From positions 20,088,001 through 20,152,000 of the forward strand of contig CM069165.1 of the NCBI GenBank assembly GCA_035221665.1: a DNA stretch of 64,000 bases, given 5' to 3'. Numbering within the stretch: the first letter of the stretch is position 1; every line of letters starts with the position of its first letter. Below are positions 47,709 through 62,040 of this stretch, piece by piece. This stretch comes from Okamejei kenojei. Lineage: Eukaryota. A program made the position numbers and the translations under genes. The notes under the pieces were generated by a model. It did not search any database. It worked only from the letters and a program-made list of their open reading frames with translations, and was not told the origin of the DNA.

Positions 47709-49529
47709 ACAAGACTATCTTCTTAGTCACAGTCATAGTGACCGATCATCTTCCTTGAAGAACATTTTAACTCCAGATTTTATTTAATTGGTCTTCAGTT
47801 GTTGTGGTAGGTGTAATCCTATACCCTTGCAGTTTCTTAGTTTATCGAGCAGTTATTTCAGAGTAACACGGTAATGCACAGGTAATGCAGAGAGCTCTGT
47901 GCCTGGTTTATTTTAGACTTTTCTCAGATTTTGTAAGTGCACACGAAAATACACGTATGATCAATTAAATCACATTTATTTACATACACACTGGAAGTGG
48001 AAAATTCTTCAGTGGGTTGAATGCCAGTTTGAATTATGCTGCTACCCTAATGAGCCATGGCTTATTGTTTCACCCATGTGTTGATTCTGCTTGCTGAGTT
48101 AAAACTACCGCTTTCAAATTGGTTGCTGCCCTGTTTGGCAGGCATCACACATATGCAGATGGTTCTCCTGATTAACCTGTACCATGAAAGTTAACAGGGC
48201 TTTTCTAGTGTAGGGAGGAACTGTAGATGCTGGTTTGCATCAAAGAGAGACACAAAATGCTGGAGTAACTCAGCAGCATCTCTGGAGAAAAGGATCCGCT
48301 TGGGATCGGAAATAGTCTGAAGAAGAGTTCTGACCCAAAGAAATAATTTATTGTGCTAATTTATTATATTATGAGGACAAGAATAATTCAGAAGAATCCA
48401 AATTAAGATGTGAGGTAATATTAATGCGGAATCCTACACTATTCCGTTTTCTGAGTACTTTGACCTCAATGACCCAAATCATACTGACAAGATATTTTAT
48501 ATATATTGTGCAAAGACTTTACTATTGCCAACATGCTTATTTCATATTTCATTACCACATAGGAGATGATTGGACCCTTTGAGTCAATCCTGACTCACAA
48601 AGCAATCTCATTCGCCATTATATTTCTCTGTAATATATTTTCTCATCATTCCTATCAACTTCCTGAAGATTTTACCTCTCGCCCATGGAGAATTTGCAGT
48701 GCCAATTAGCCTACCACCCACATGTCTTTTGGGAAGTGTGAGGAACTGAAGCAGCCTGAAGAATCCCTGGTCACAGGAAAAATGTGCAAACTTCATATAG
48801 AGAACATCAGAGATCAAGAATAAACCCGGTGCTATGAGGCAGCAGCTCTACCTGTTTTATTTCAGAGCTGGGCAACTTTAAGCGAATCTGCCAAGACTCT
48901 TATTGTTATTCATTGGTATAACATTTTTCCAATGCAATGGCCTAGTAGCATAGATTGCATGGCATCCAGGGAGAGCTAGCTGACTGGAGAGAAAATTGGC
49001 TTCATGGAAGAAAGCAACGGGTGATGGTGGAAGGTTGTTTTTTGGACTGGATGCCTGGGACACGAGGTGTGTGTGTCAGGAATCAGTGCTGAGTCCTTTG
49101 CTGTTTGTAGTTTATATCAACGATTTGGATGAGAATGTAAAAAGCATGATTAGCGAGTTTGCAGATGGTGAGTCATATTGAGCAGTCTGTGTGGTAACTG
49201 TGTGGCAAATTTTCATGTAGGTGTGCAATATATTTCCCAACCTTTTTGTGCAGAACATGCAGTTGGTTGATTCTGCTATTCTTTTCCTTGTAATTGTGGG
49301 TTTCAACGTGGCTGTTGAGGAAGTGAGTTGCCGCAGTGCATTTTCAGATGGGACATCGGCCTTTGTATTCCCAGGCCAACAAAGATGCTCTAATCAGGCT
49401 CAACCAGCGTTGGTGGGTGAGGTACACCATCCCGATGTCTGACACTAGACTCCTAAAGAGAGCACTCACTCTGAGCTCAGTTGTGGCATAAGCCTTCCTA
49501 GATGGTGGCGAAAATGCTTCAAATGTTTA

Positions 49530-49820
49530 GCTTAGTTTAGTTAAGAGATGCAGCATGGAAACAGGCCCTTTGGCCCACCTAGTCTGCAATGACCAGCGAT
49601 CCCCACACATTAACACTATCCTACACACACTAGGGACAATTTACACTAAAACCAAGCCAATTAACTGACAAACGTGTACGTCTTTGGAGTGTGGGAGGAA
49701 ACTGAAGATCTCGGTGAAAACCCATGCGTACAGACAGCACTCGTAGTCGGGATCAAACCTGGGTCTCCGGCGCTGCAAACGATGTAAGGCAACAACTCTA
49801 CTGCTGTGCCACCATGCTGC
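49530..49820 (-). mobile_element. tRNA-derived SINE (V-SINE/HE1-like)
   Basis: Minus strand: gcatggtggcacagcagtagagttg...ccaggtttgatcccgactac, tail (ctaaa)n; same family as 22183-22705. Confidence 0.8.
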
Positions 49821-49859
49821 TTGTGTTCTAAAAGTCTCATGAATAAAAGGTAACTCCCA

Positions 49860-50150
49860 CTGACTCGTGGGATTTCCTGGCCGGTGACCATGCAGACGGA
49901 CTACGGAGATACTGAGCCACTTGAGCATCTTTGATGGGAGGATGCAGGGACCAAGTGCAAGAAAAGTCAGACAAAAAGCGCAACATCCTGAGGAGCCCAT
50001 CCTTCCAATCCGGCAAGCTCCAGCTGTGACAAGGCCTGCATTTCTTACATCAAACTCATCAACTAGCTCAGACACTTCTGAGCTATAATAGAGGCAAGTC
50101 ATCCTCAACCACATCGGACAGCTGAAGAAAATAATTAGAAATAAAGAGAA
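49860..50150 (+). mobile_element. RTE-clade LINE 3' remnant
   Basis: CDKACISYIKLIN resembles the RTE C-terminal C..C.SRIGL.SH motif; highly decayed. Confidence 0.4.
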
Positions 50151-53100
50151 CCATGTAACATGACCCCAAAAGGAGCGATAGAAGTCATGTAATAATGCTG
50201 GATTCATCTTATTCTGTGGTCCAGACCGCAATTTGTCCTGATTATTACTCACGATGTATTGTTTGTCTCTTCTATGCTTTGCTTTGAATCTTTCAAGGCA
50301 GTCTGCCTTTTTATCTTTCACTTTTTATCTCCTAATCGTCATATTTTTTGCCTGTTGCACGGTTCCTCAAATGTTTCTGTTCTTAAATTGTTTTGTTAGT
50401 TTTTCCCGTTTTTTTCTCCTTTACTTTCTTTCCATTCCTGATTGATGAGCAAAGTGCTCTTTGTGTCACTGGGGTGCAGATGGCCTGAATTAACTTGACA
50501 GCCGTTCCAAGTTCCTCCTGGTTTATTTGCATCGCCGAACAAATTGTGAGCATTTAGACAATCCAATACACAAAAGGCGAGGTAAAATGGTGAGGAGTAG
50601 GATTAGTGAGAAGACAGATGATTGAGTGTCATCCCAGTGCACTTGAGGTCCATTAGATTACACTAGAATGTGCTTATTTTTCATTATGTACTGCTGGCCA
50701 ATCTTCTTAATACACCTCATGTCCAGCAGTAGTTGCAACTCATAACCAGCACACAATTGGAAGTAGAACCTGTTATAAATTGGTGCGACAAAAGTAAGCT
50801 TTGGACTTAATCTCCTGAATTAAAGATCAATACATCTTTTCACAGGATGGCATGCCAATTGAGTACTAATTAAATGGAGTATATGCAATAGTTAATTACT
50901 TTAAAAATGATTTATTTTGAACAACTCTTGCCCCCCACCCCTAATTGAATTGTCCAGAAGTTCAACGTGCAATAAATGTCAGATCCAATTTGGAAGACAA
51001 AAAGCACATACTATGGATTCATTAAGACGCACTCATTCCAATGCACTCCCCTGAAAAGACTTGAAATTGTTCTCATTCATGTCTTGCTAACCAACATTAA
51101 CTCATTCAGTTTCAAGTCATCTCTGTGCGCTTTTATGGTTCCCGTTTAGAACACTTTACTGAGAAATGATGACCTTGTACCTCAGTGGAACATAACATTT
51201 CAGATCAACATTGATATATATATGCACCTGACACCAGCCACAACCTCATTTGAGAAGTGTTAGGGCATTAACATCAGAGGTTGGCATCCTTTTCATTTTT
51301 GAATGTCAACGGGTCCCAGTCATATACTAAGAATGCAGTGCCACTCTATTCTATTCTGGGAGTACTGCACTGTTGGTGGCGATTTTTTTTTTTTTTACGG
51401 CTGAGTTGAACTAAAGCCATCCCAGACAAATGTAAAATATCCATGTCAAACATGAAAGAAGAGCATAGTGATTTTCCTAATGTTCAGACTAATATTTGGC
51501 TCTCAAACGGCCTGTACAATTCTAAATTATCTATTTACTTCGATGCTCTTTGTTGGAGCTTGCTATGCACAAAGTGGCTTCCTTTCATTATATGAAAAAC
51601 AATGACTATAGATCAAAAGGAGAGGTACTAGGTTGCCTTTGTAGCTCTTTGAGATACCCTGTTTCCTTTTCTTGTATGCTAGTGGGAACAACTTACACAT
51701 TGATGTCGAGATTTTGGAAACAGCTACGGATCTGATGAACCTGTGAAAAATGTCACTAATGATTGGAGGGGCAGTCTAATCCCCTTGATGATGTGTTTCC
51801 TTGTTTGACTCTTATTTCTGAAATCACAGCTGTGCTGTAGAAGTCTTGATTTTCTAATGACGTTTTTGTTTTGGACATTTATATTGTTTAATTTAGATTT
51901 TCCTCGTTGCCCTACCATTAATCAAGATTTATCACTGGAGTTTCTCTCATGTTGGTTTTCTTGATTTGAACCACAATTCTTGCATATCCGGGTGGATTGA
52001 TTAATCAGGTCTGCAGGAATGTAATCAGTGAAATAGGTGACAAAAGCTTTGCCTTCCAATATTTGGGATAAGGATGTTCATATCTGTGGGGGTCCATTCA
52101 ATTGCAATTGACTTCAATGTTCTGTTAATAATTTGCATGGATATGTTTCATTCCATATTTATTTATTGTGCCACAACGATTCGCCCATACAGAAGCACTA
52201 TTTGCTATGGTTAAGTCCATTAAATCCAAAATGGCTCTTTTGATGTTTTTTCCCCTGTACTGTATTGGTTCTCATGAGATTCAGATGGCTTATTCTCTCC
52301 TTCACTTTTTCCTTGGACTTCAACAAATGTTTTCTCCTTTGTCCCTTTATTTTTTCCTTGGTTTTCTACTTTTGTTCCTCTATTTTGCAATCCTTTCTTT
52401 TCCTCTTCTCTCTCTTTCTTCCTCTCTCTGACCTCGCCAGGTTTTTAATGGAACATCGAGGTCCAACACCCTGTCTATGAGAATAAAACAAGCAGAACTC
52501 AGTTGCAAATAAAAGACTAAGCAGGGCCATGTTAGGCTCCGTACTTCATTTCTTTACATGGTTTCATCCAAAGGGGACTTTATTTGTAGTTGTGTGTGCC
52601 TCATCCTCCCTCCCATGGGTTGGAGTTTCACTCCAAGGCTTCTGTTGTAACCAAGAGTCATTCAATAAATACAAGAGCTTATCCATTTGGTCAGTTGGTC
52701 TTATATTGATAATAACTTAGATGATAACTTACATTTGTGCAATACTTTTAAAGCTGTAAAAATTTCTAGCTGAAACACGACCAGTCTCTGCACAAAATAA
52801 ATGGGCCAAAGGTCAATTGGTGCAAAATATCAAATCTTTGGCCAACGAGGAATGTATTCAGCACTTTTAAAGGGAGGAGGGAGAGGTTTGAATTTCATAA
52901 CTTAGGATCTAGGGCTAAAGAAGTGGAGGATGGACAAGTGACACGAGTTGGAGCAACATACATAAGAGAGGGAAGATTCATCTTGCCTTCAATGGTGTGA
53001 TTAGGTATTCTGTTATTCTGCTATGATTCTTAATGCAACAATTAATAGTTCAAATTAGTTATTAATGCTGGGCTGAGTTTGTTCACATATTGATTTATAT

Positions 53101-53695
53101 TTGAGATGTGAAGCTTCAAAATGTTTCAGTGTGTTTTTTTCAACTCTTCAACCAAAATGTCATAAGACAAGTTAAATGCAGTAGACGATGTACAACAGGT
53201 AGACTGTACATTAGTAGATGGAGAGATAGGGGGAGGATTAGTCTGTTTATGTTACTTTCTGGGGATTAGGTAAGTCACTGTCTTGTTAAAACCATTTGTC
53301 TTTCTGGGGTGGTCCTGCATAATGCAGGCAGCAGCGAGTTGCTTGTCAGGACAAGCTGGATTAGAGGGAAGCAGACAATCCTACACACTCACTGTTGGCT
53401 TTCTGTGAGAGAAGGGCATGAAGATGGGACGACACAAAAAGGTGTTAAGCTCTCTTGCAGCAATTCTATAAACACAAAGCAAGAAAGGAACTAAGAAAGT
53501 GAACTTTGGAATTTTCATATCCCGAAGCCCCAACGATCGGACTTTGCATTGAAATAGCGCACAAAGACATTTAAAGGCATCCACCTAAATCCGTGCAATG
53601 TTTATGGAAATTTACTGCTTCAATCTAATAATGACTTGCACGAAATTTGCTCTTATGCCTAGCACTTCCATAGAGACCACTTATATACTGGCTGC

Positions 53696-53834
53696 GGGGT
53701 GGAAGATTGCAACCTTCACCGCATCCGCCCTGTTTCGACTAATGCAATCAACTCGACGTGCACAAACGGAAGATCAAATAGAACAAGTTGTCCAACAACT
53801 TTAGGCTGTGCACGCCACACAAAAGAAGACGAAG
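53696..53834 (+). mobile_element. Short non-autonomous retroelement with 5' HDV-like ribozyme fold (copy 2)
   Basis: Perfect 13-bp TSD atatactggctgc at 53683-53695 and 53835-53847; tail aagaagacgaag; same 5' end as 34876. Confidence 0.85.
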
Positions 53835-56139
53835 ATATACTGGCTGCCAATCTCAGATATGTACTGGAATGAATTTATAGCTTGTTTATAATATCTGGTT
53901 GTAAATTTGACTCTGATAGTCAGCTGATAAGACTTAAGGATCATTGAAACACAAGAAGGTAGTCACAGAATGCTGGAGTAACTCAGCGGGGCAGGCAGCA
54001 TCTCTGGATAGAAGGAATGGGTGACATATCGGGTCGAGACCCTTCTTCAGATCAGATCAGTCTTCCCACCTGAAGAAGGGACTCAAGTGAAACTTGCAGA
54101 CATTTCAAAGAAATTTGCCTTTGTGTTCATTTTTATAGCGTTGCTCCCAATCTCAGAGCCATGGCTGGTGTGCATTATACTTGCACACATTAGCAATAGG
54201 AATTCTATTTTTGAAATCTCCATCCCCCTACCTCTTCACTTTAGATCACATACGTTTTGTTTATTTCTCCAAATCTTTTACTCTTTGGTTCAGGGTCTAT
54301 TACTTTCTTAAACCCCCACGAATTTCTACATGAAAGAGCAGTGTATAAATGCAGAAGCAATATAGTTTCGTCGATGCAAACCATGAATTGAAACAGAAAG
54401 ATGGAAACACAAGAAACTGCAGATGGTGGAATCTTAAGCAAAACACAAATTATTGGAGGAATACTGCGGGTTTTCCTGATAAAGCATCATTTTCACTCTT
54501 GTAGTTTGCGAACCTCATTGTTATTAGAGTCTTCTTATAATATCACCGAGTTCCTCCAGCACTGTATTTAAAAACGGGAAGGTGCTGACAACAATCTGAA
54601 GTCTGTGGAGAGAGAGGATCAGAGAAAGTTCATGTTGATCTGATAAATGATCATCGACCTGAAGTATTAACCCAGTGGCTTTCCACAGATATCGCCTGAC
54701 CCGCTGAGTGCTCGCCTACTGATAAATCCATGTTTCTCTAAACGTTGACCATTTTCTTCCTTTCCTTTACAACATCATCACAGTCCACACTTACAACAGA
54801 ATCATATTTCTAAACTACTGGACTGAAAATAATGCTTTATTAGGAACAAATGTGTTTGAAAATATAGTGATAAAATCATCCACTGGCTGAGGGTAATGTT
54901 GGGAATAATGGTTTCATAACTCATCAATAGAGCATTACATAATCAGAGGTTTAAAAAAAATTAAAGGATATTAGTTACTGTTAATTTCTTGTCCCTGTGT
55001 GATGTCCCTCCCATGTAATGAGGGGCTGCAACCTCCGTACAAGATAATGGATGACCTACGGTACGATACCGACAGGAATGAATCAAAAGGATTCCACTGG
55101 TGTCATGAATCAAGGGCAAAGCACGTGTGGTATTCAATGTCACTAGAACTTGTAGATTGAATTAGTGCCTCGTATCCTTGACAGCCTTGTTGTTATTCTT
55201 TTTATTGTACCGAGAAGCATTTATATTTATTATCTGAGCTCGCTGCATGTTGGGTTTTTTTCCCTGTGGGATCATTCCACAGCCATTGGGAAGTATTTCT
55301 TTTTAATCCTTTCCCAGGATTTGGGTGATGCTGGTAAGGGCAAACTTATCAGCTGCTGCGGAGAAAGTGAGGAGGACTCTTACTGAACTATTCTATTGAA
55401 CAAAGCTGGTGAAATAGATAAGAGTGTTCATGGATCTGAAGAAATGCAGTTCCAAACAATTATGTTGCTTGTTGAATACTATTTTATCTTCGGGAACACA
55501 GCAGTGATAAATTGGGATGTACAAATGATGCACTAAACCTACAGCTTTTTTTTTCAGATTAAACACCTTTCATCTTCAACATAAACATAATCAACTCTGA
55601 TTCTCCATCGATGAATAAGTACTTCCACAATTTCTGCTTTTGTTTCAGAATTCAGATCTGCGTTACTCAGCTTTTACATTTGAGTTTTATTGTTGAATAA
55701 TTAATTCAGATATGGTGTAGGGAACATGCTCTAACTTGAGGGACCTGAGGGAGTAGTTCAGTGCAGTCAGAAAATCCATGGCTCATGGCCGGTTGAAGGA
55801 AATTCCTATCGCCCAAGGGTGAATAGAATTGTTCACTTGCCTCCTGCCCTATCAAACCTAATACCAAGTAGGGTAGAAGAAGTAGGTAGATGACGTACAC
55901 AGTTCTATTATTGATGCATTAACAATAAATATAATTGGGATAAAGCTTTGCTCTGCATGGTCATAATAAGTGCATGGAAGAGTCTTGAACACTGGTTACA
56001 CTCACCTCTCACACTTTGAGTTCTGTTGATGTCAATGGAAACAAATGTGTGAAGATGACCATGGCCCAAGGCTGATAGCCTCTCGCACATTTAGTGCTGG
56101 CAACCAACAAATAATCTCTCTCTCTCTGTATCTTTCAAG

Positions 56140-56665
56140 CCATCGGGTTTCCAATATTGCTGACCATCCCACCATCAAAGAGATTTATTGGAGGCGATGC
56201 CTCAAAAAGGCAGCCAGCATCATCTAAGACCCATCCCACCATGGCTACCCTCTCATTTCACTCCAACTATCGGGAAGAAGATACAAGTGTCTGAATGGCT
56301 CGATTGTAATCATGTACTGTCTTTCCGCTGACTGGATAGCACGCATCAACAGCTTTTCACTGTACCTCGGTACACGTGACAATAAACTAAACTAAATAAA
56401 CTAAAACTATGAACTCCAGGTTCAAGGACAGCTTCTTCCTGACCGCCATCAAGTTCTTTACCACCAGGAAACGCTAACTAAACTATGAACTATGGACTCT
56501 CTTGCTGGCACTAAGGACTTTGGCCTTTTTTTCTGTACTGTATTTTTTGAGGATTATTATTTAATTTTGTTGTTGTTATTTATTCAAGGTTATCTATGAG
56601 CGTTGTGTTTACTGTTATGTTTCTGCAAGTAAGGATTTCATTGTTCCATTGTTAATACATATAAC
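56140..56665 (+). mobile_element. Rex1/Babar 3' fragment with a nested short repeat (~56293-56405)
   Basis: IKEIYWRRCLKKAASII*DPSHHG...SGRRYK; the nested gctgactggatagcacgc...gtgacaataaactaa unit also occurs at ~1237-1410 and ~17450-17505. Confidence 0.65.
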
Positions 56666-59594
56666 AAACGTTCTTGGTCAGTGTGAATCTTGTGAAAGAT
56701 GGAAGTCTGAGATCTACGGATGGAGTTGAGTGACCACTGGGATGGGCAGGAGGCACAGAGGCAAATATGTCTTTTCACTCAGCGAATGGACTTTGCATTG
56801 ACTTACTCGGAATCCTCTGCATTGTGTTGAGGAATTACTTCTTGAATCCTGTGCCAGCTAGACCTGTTCCCTGTCCCCTTTATTTTCAATTGGGATTGTA
56901 GGGTAAAGGTTTAGGAGGCAAAAGGAAAGTTAGGTTTTAAAAAAATCATTTTGTTTAAATGTTTTTCATTATTTGCAAAATGTTATGTGTTTTTTGTTCA
57001 TTTTAATCAGTTTTTTAAATTTTAAAATATCACATTTGGAGGTGGTTTATTGGAGAGGAAAGACTGAGGAAATCCATCAGCTTTCTCAGGTGAAAGTCAA
57101 AGATGTCATGGCACAATTTGGAGGAAAAGCGCAACATTCTCTCTGGCTCCCAGTTATTTTTCAATCAACATAATTGAAACACATAATCATTACATTGCGA
57201 TTTGTGGTGCAAACTGCTTTGTGCAAATTGCCAACTGTGTTTCTTATATTACAACTCTCTACACATGGCAATTATTTCATTGGTTGTAAAGTCCTTTGTC
57301 ATGAACTAAAATGACAATTAAAGATGCAGTAGAAACAAGTCCTTGTTTGTTTCTTTCTTCTGACATGTGGAGTTTGGTCAACATTTGGCCAGAAACTGAT
57401 CCTTGGTTGTTGCTATTTAATCTGAGTTGGCAGGTTCTTTTTATTTAAGGGGAAAAGCCAGGTTTATGGAGTCAAGCAACAGTTTAGCTAAGGCGTTATT
57501 GTATAGCAGAAGCGGCTTGAGGATGGAAAGGCCTCGCGTTCTTCTTGTTCTTCTGTGGTGGCCATATTTTCACGGCCAACGACTCACTCCAAGTGTCCCT
57601 CACAGTGATTAATTGCCCGTGGGTGTTCCTCCAGCAATCGTGCGAACGCTGTCGTGGGTCAGCGATGAATCAGGCGGGGTGCAATATCAGCTCGTGATCC
57701 CAGCACCGTTACTGAAATTAGCGGCTGTTGAAATTTAGGTCTGCTGTAAAACCTTCCGCCAATGGAACAGCGGTCGATCTGATGACAGACATGCGGCATT
57801 GTCACCCTTTGCGAAACCATCTGGTCAGCACTCAGTTTTTCCCTGTAACACAATCTTGCATTCAGATGACTCTGAAGAGTCATCAAATGAAGGCAATGTG
57901 CTCTCACCAATAAAGTACGAAAATATATCTGCTCTGTCCTGGGGTCTTTACAGTTCCCGCTGTTACTATTTTATTTGGATCCATTAAAATTTGAAGCATT
58001 TGGTCACGCTGGATTGGAAATAGCAAAAGTATCAGTGACATGCTGTTATCCAGGAAATGCCTCATATCTCAGCCTTCCTCTTACCCTGGTTAATGTAAAA
58101 GCCAGCTATCTGCCTGACCCACTGTTGTTTCCCTGGGCAGCTAACTGGTGGCCAACACAGTGAGTGAAGCCTTGTCAATACAAAGAATTCAAGTCTTCTT
58201 TTGAAGCGCTCTTCCTCATTGCACCTCTAATTTGTTTTTTTTGCACTGTATTGAATGGAGCAAAATGCCCCGTGTTGTAAACATAACTCTATGGAAACAA
58301 ATGCCGGCCAATAGTTAACAGATATATACCTGTGGGGTGAGTTTTACAGCGATCCCAATGAATAAGGTAAACAGGTTATGAGAATTCCTGAGCTTGGGAA
58401 CGAGATAGCTTTAAAGATTGGTCACCACCTGTGGTGGATGAAATGAGGCCAGAATTCTCAGAGCATTGCAGAGATACAGATAAAGTGTAAGGTTTCAACA
58501 GAAGAATGTGTGAGATTTGTACTGACAGCCGATTGTGGATTAGCTTCCGATGAAGACGTTTTGAGATGGACAGCGATGACCTCTGAATAGACAAACCCCA
58601 ACTAATAAACTTACACTCATTTTCTCAGCATACAGTTCGTTCCTTGTCAGTTGTTCAATAGGAAGATTTTTCTTCCAAGTGGGTCAGATATTTGTGGATA
58701 TTAAGTTGATTAATCTAAAGTTTACACTCTCAATGCAATGTTGACGGTGCTGAATTAAAAACAGAAATGACCAGAAACACTCAGCAGGTCAGGCAGCATC
58801 TGTGGAATGGGGAAAACTTTAATTTTTTTGTGAGAACTGGGAAAGAAAGATAAAAAATGAAAAAATATATACTGTAAGTTGCTGAGAATGTTGCATGGGG
58901 GATGGAAAAATCAAAGAGAATATTTGTCGTGGGTGAGACCAGATCAGAAGGAATGGGACTTTTACCGAGTGATTATGATTCCTCGTGTTATGTGTTGCTA
59001 ACACCAAAGCTATAGAACATACCCCGCAGGACAGCCTGGACACAAGGAGCAAAACTGTCACACTCACAGAATGGATGACTTACATCAGAAATGACATTTA
59101 ATACAGATGGAAAGAAATAGTCACCTCTAGTTGGAGAATTCAAAGTTGCATCTGACAGAGTGCTGCACTGTCAGAAGCACTGGGCTGCACTGGGAGAAGT
59201 TAACATCAAAGCTCAGTGGGATTATTTTCCTCAATATTTGTTCCCTGCCTTTAGCCTGACAAAATCATAAATTAATGGGCCATTGTCGCTTCATCTTTTG
59301 AAGAATTATACTTTTTCAAAGCACTTATCTTAAACCATTTATCTATGTCAATCTATTGTCAATCTCTGTGAGATGATTGCTTTCAACTCTGAATTTTGAA
59401 TTTCTTTATAATTCACTCTGTTCTGATGAAAAATGGCCCCAAATGATAATCCAAACTCAATCCAATTTGCAATTCAATTTGCACACATCAATTTAATACT
59501 TTCTGGTTCTCTATCTTTGTAACATAACCACTACTGAGCCATAGGGGGACCCAAATATTCATCTATTCCCGTCTGAAAGCAACAATGAAGGTCT

Positions 59595-59800
59595 AGAAAC
59601 AGAGAACTGCAGATGCTGATTAATACACAAAAGGACACAAATTCCTGGAGTAACTCAGCAAGTCAGGCAACATCACTGGACCATGGGTAGGGTATGTTTC
59701 GGGTCACGTCTAAAGAAGGGTCTCGACCAGAAACATCACCTATCCACGATCTCCAGAGATGCTGCCTGACCTGCTGAGTTACTCAGCACTTTGTGTCCTG
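59595..59800. mobile_element. Foldback pseudo-LTR element
   Basis: Inverted arms; imperfect flanking atgaa(g/a)gtct duplication. Confidence 0.65.
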
Positions 59801-60824
59801 ATGATGAAAGTCTCCCAGTTTATGCGCTCAGATAATGCCGCCTTGAATTAAAGATATAAAGACGAATTGTGTTCCACTTCTGGACTCAATATAGCACAAA
59901 AGCATCAAGATCAGGGAATGGACGAAGTTTGTGTCTCTGCAGATTCTTCATGTGATGCATGAGAGTACAACCATAGTTAAAGTCACCACTACATCAGCCC
60001 ATTTATGTTGGGTCAGCAGGCCGTTACAAGGTCAAGATGATCATTGTAGCGGTACCTCCTCCAACATTTGGTATAAATTCACTGCAAAGCCAAGTGGAAT
60101 AGCTGTACATACCCCTTCTGCCTGCAACAATCTGGGTCTCATGTGACTCAAATCTACAATTTAGGATGTAGATCCTAAAATCTACAAATCTAGGATTTTT
60201 CATGCATGCATCAATTTTCAGAAACGATGTAAGTATGCCCTTGAACCTCACTCAAAAACCCAGTGCTTTGTGGAGGAGTATTTATGTTCAAACTATCGTT
60301 GTGTAATAGTAGTATATTAGCAGTTTGAAGTTACGCCAAAAGTTGTAAACATTTTAAGGCAGCCCTGTATGGATCAACTTACTATTGGTTACTAACCTTC
60401 AATTAGCGTACACTCTAGTAATGTTACAATTAATGTTACAATTGAATGCCTTTTCCTGCACCTCTGTTCATTAGCCTAACCTGCTGGTCTCAGATCAATT
60501 TTCTAAATTTCATACAGGTGGGAGATAGATTGAATGGTCCCAGGGGAGTTGAAGAGCAGTGACAGACTCATCTTGTTAGCATCAAGAAATCTGAAGCCCT
60601 CATGAAGTGGGGGATGGTACATTGCAATGAGAATGAAATGAGTTTTGGTTCTTCCATGAACTCTGTCCAGCTGAAAGCAATACAATCATTTGTATTTCAA
60701 TCACCTCATCCCTGAGTTGCTCCCAGAATCACAACATTGATTTCATTTACCTTGAGGCAGAATTAACATTATCTTCACCATGTGTTAATTCCAATAGAAA
60801 TGGCAGGAACAACACTAACAATGG

Positions 60825-61112
60825 GAGAGTCCAGGACTCGTGGTCATTGCCTCAGAATTAAAAGAATTAGGAATTAGGAGATGAGGAGGAATTTCTTTAG
60901 ACAGAGGGTGGTGAATCTGTGGAATTCTTTGCCACTGAAGGCTGTAGAGGCCAAGTCAATGGATATTTTTAAGGCAGAGATAGATAGATTCTTGATTAGT
61001 ACGTGTGTAGGGGTTATGGTGAGAATGGGGTTAGGAGGGAGACGTTGATCAACCATGATTAAATGGTAGAGTAGACTTGATGGGCCTGAATCCTACTCCT
61101 GTTACTTATGAC
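60825..61112 (+). mobile_element. CR1-type LINE 3' end
   Basis: EMRRNFFRQRVVNLWNSLP...IFKAEIDRFL motif. Confidence 0.8.
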
Positions 61113-61831
61113 AACTATATATGGCCTATTTTTAGTCTCAAAATACTATCTTTAAGTATCTCTTGATTGCTCATGGCATCTTTCGACTGTCTCCCAACAG
61201 AGCCAAACTCAGTACAGATTGACATATCCCAAACAATTTTCTCGCTTCATTTTTCGCCTCAGTATTTCAGCTCTGGGTTGGAAATATGATGTATATGCAC
61301 ACAGTGATCTCATGTGAGCTTCGTGGTACGCCAAAATGTATGTCTGACACATTCGTAGGTCTACATGGCCGATCCAAAATGGTGAATATTTTCTGGGAGC
61401 CATTCTCCAATGAGTGGACTTCCTTTTACATTTTTGCTGTGTTGAAAACTGGAAAAGAGAGGCGAAAATAAACGAGTGCAGTAATGGAACGAATACAGAA
61501 AGAAGAACAGATATGCTAATAAATAAGGGGAGATAATGAGAGAGAAAGAAGTAAGAGAGGAGAATACAGGAATAGGGAAGGGTGGGGGGAAGATGGGATG
61601 GAGACAATTATATTATATTGGGTGTGGTTGAGAAAGTGGTTAGGAGACAGATTCAGAAAGGTACATAGAACCTGGAAGATTAGTCACATATCTTAGAATG
61701 CTGGAATATGGTCAATGGACTGAGAAATCTCTTTTTGCTCATGTTACCTACTTAGTTTAACACCGAAGGAGACTATAAAGCCCATCAGCGCCACATCAGA
61801 TCCCTGCACAGCAATCCCAATCCATCAGCAT

Positions 61832-62040
61832 CTTTGCTGCATTCTTTTTGTCCCATTGCTGATGGAGATATCGAAGCAAAATGTTGGCCTCCTCTGTCAT
61901 AACGATCGGTTCCAACGGCGTACTCTCATGTTGGGAGGTATACAGATGGTCTTCTATTCTAATCTTTGCAAACAGTCTGCGTATAACCGGCTGAAATGGC
62001 TTTCATTATAGACTGGCAGTCCTTTTAAGAAGTCCGCCAT
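61832..62040 (-). pseudogene. DDA1: Processed, 3'-truncated DDA1 (DET1- and DDB1-associated 1) pseudogene
   Basis: Minus strand from ATG at 62040: [22 protein letters not shown] /frameshift/ [16 protein letters not shown] /frameshift/ [29 protein letters not shown], matching DDA1 residues ~1-70; no introns, two frameshifts, two stops. Confidence 0.92.

Noticed and set aside
49641-50321. 226-aa minus-strand ORF
   Set aside because: Runs through a SINE and an antisense LINE remnant; no recognisable domain.
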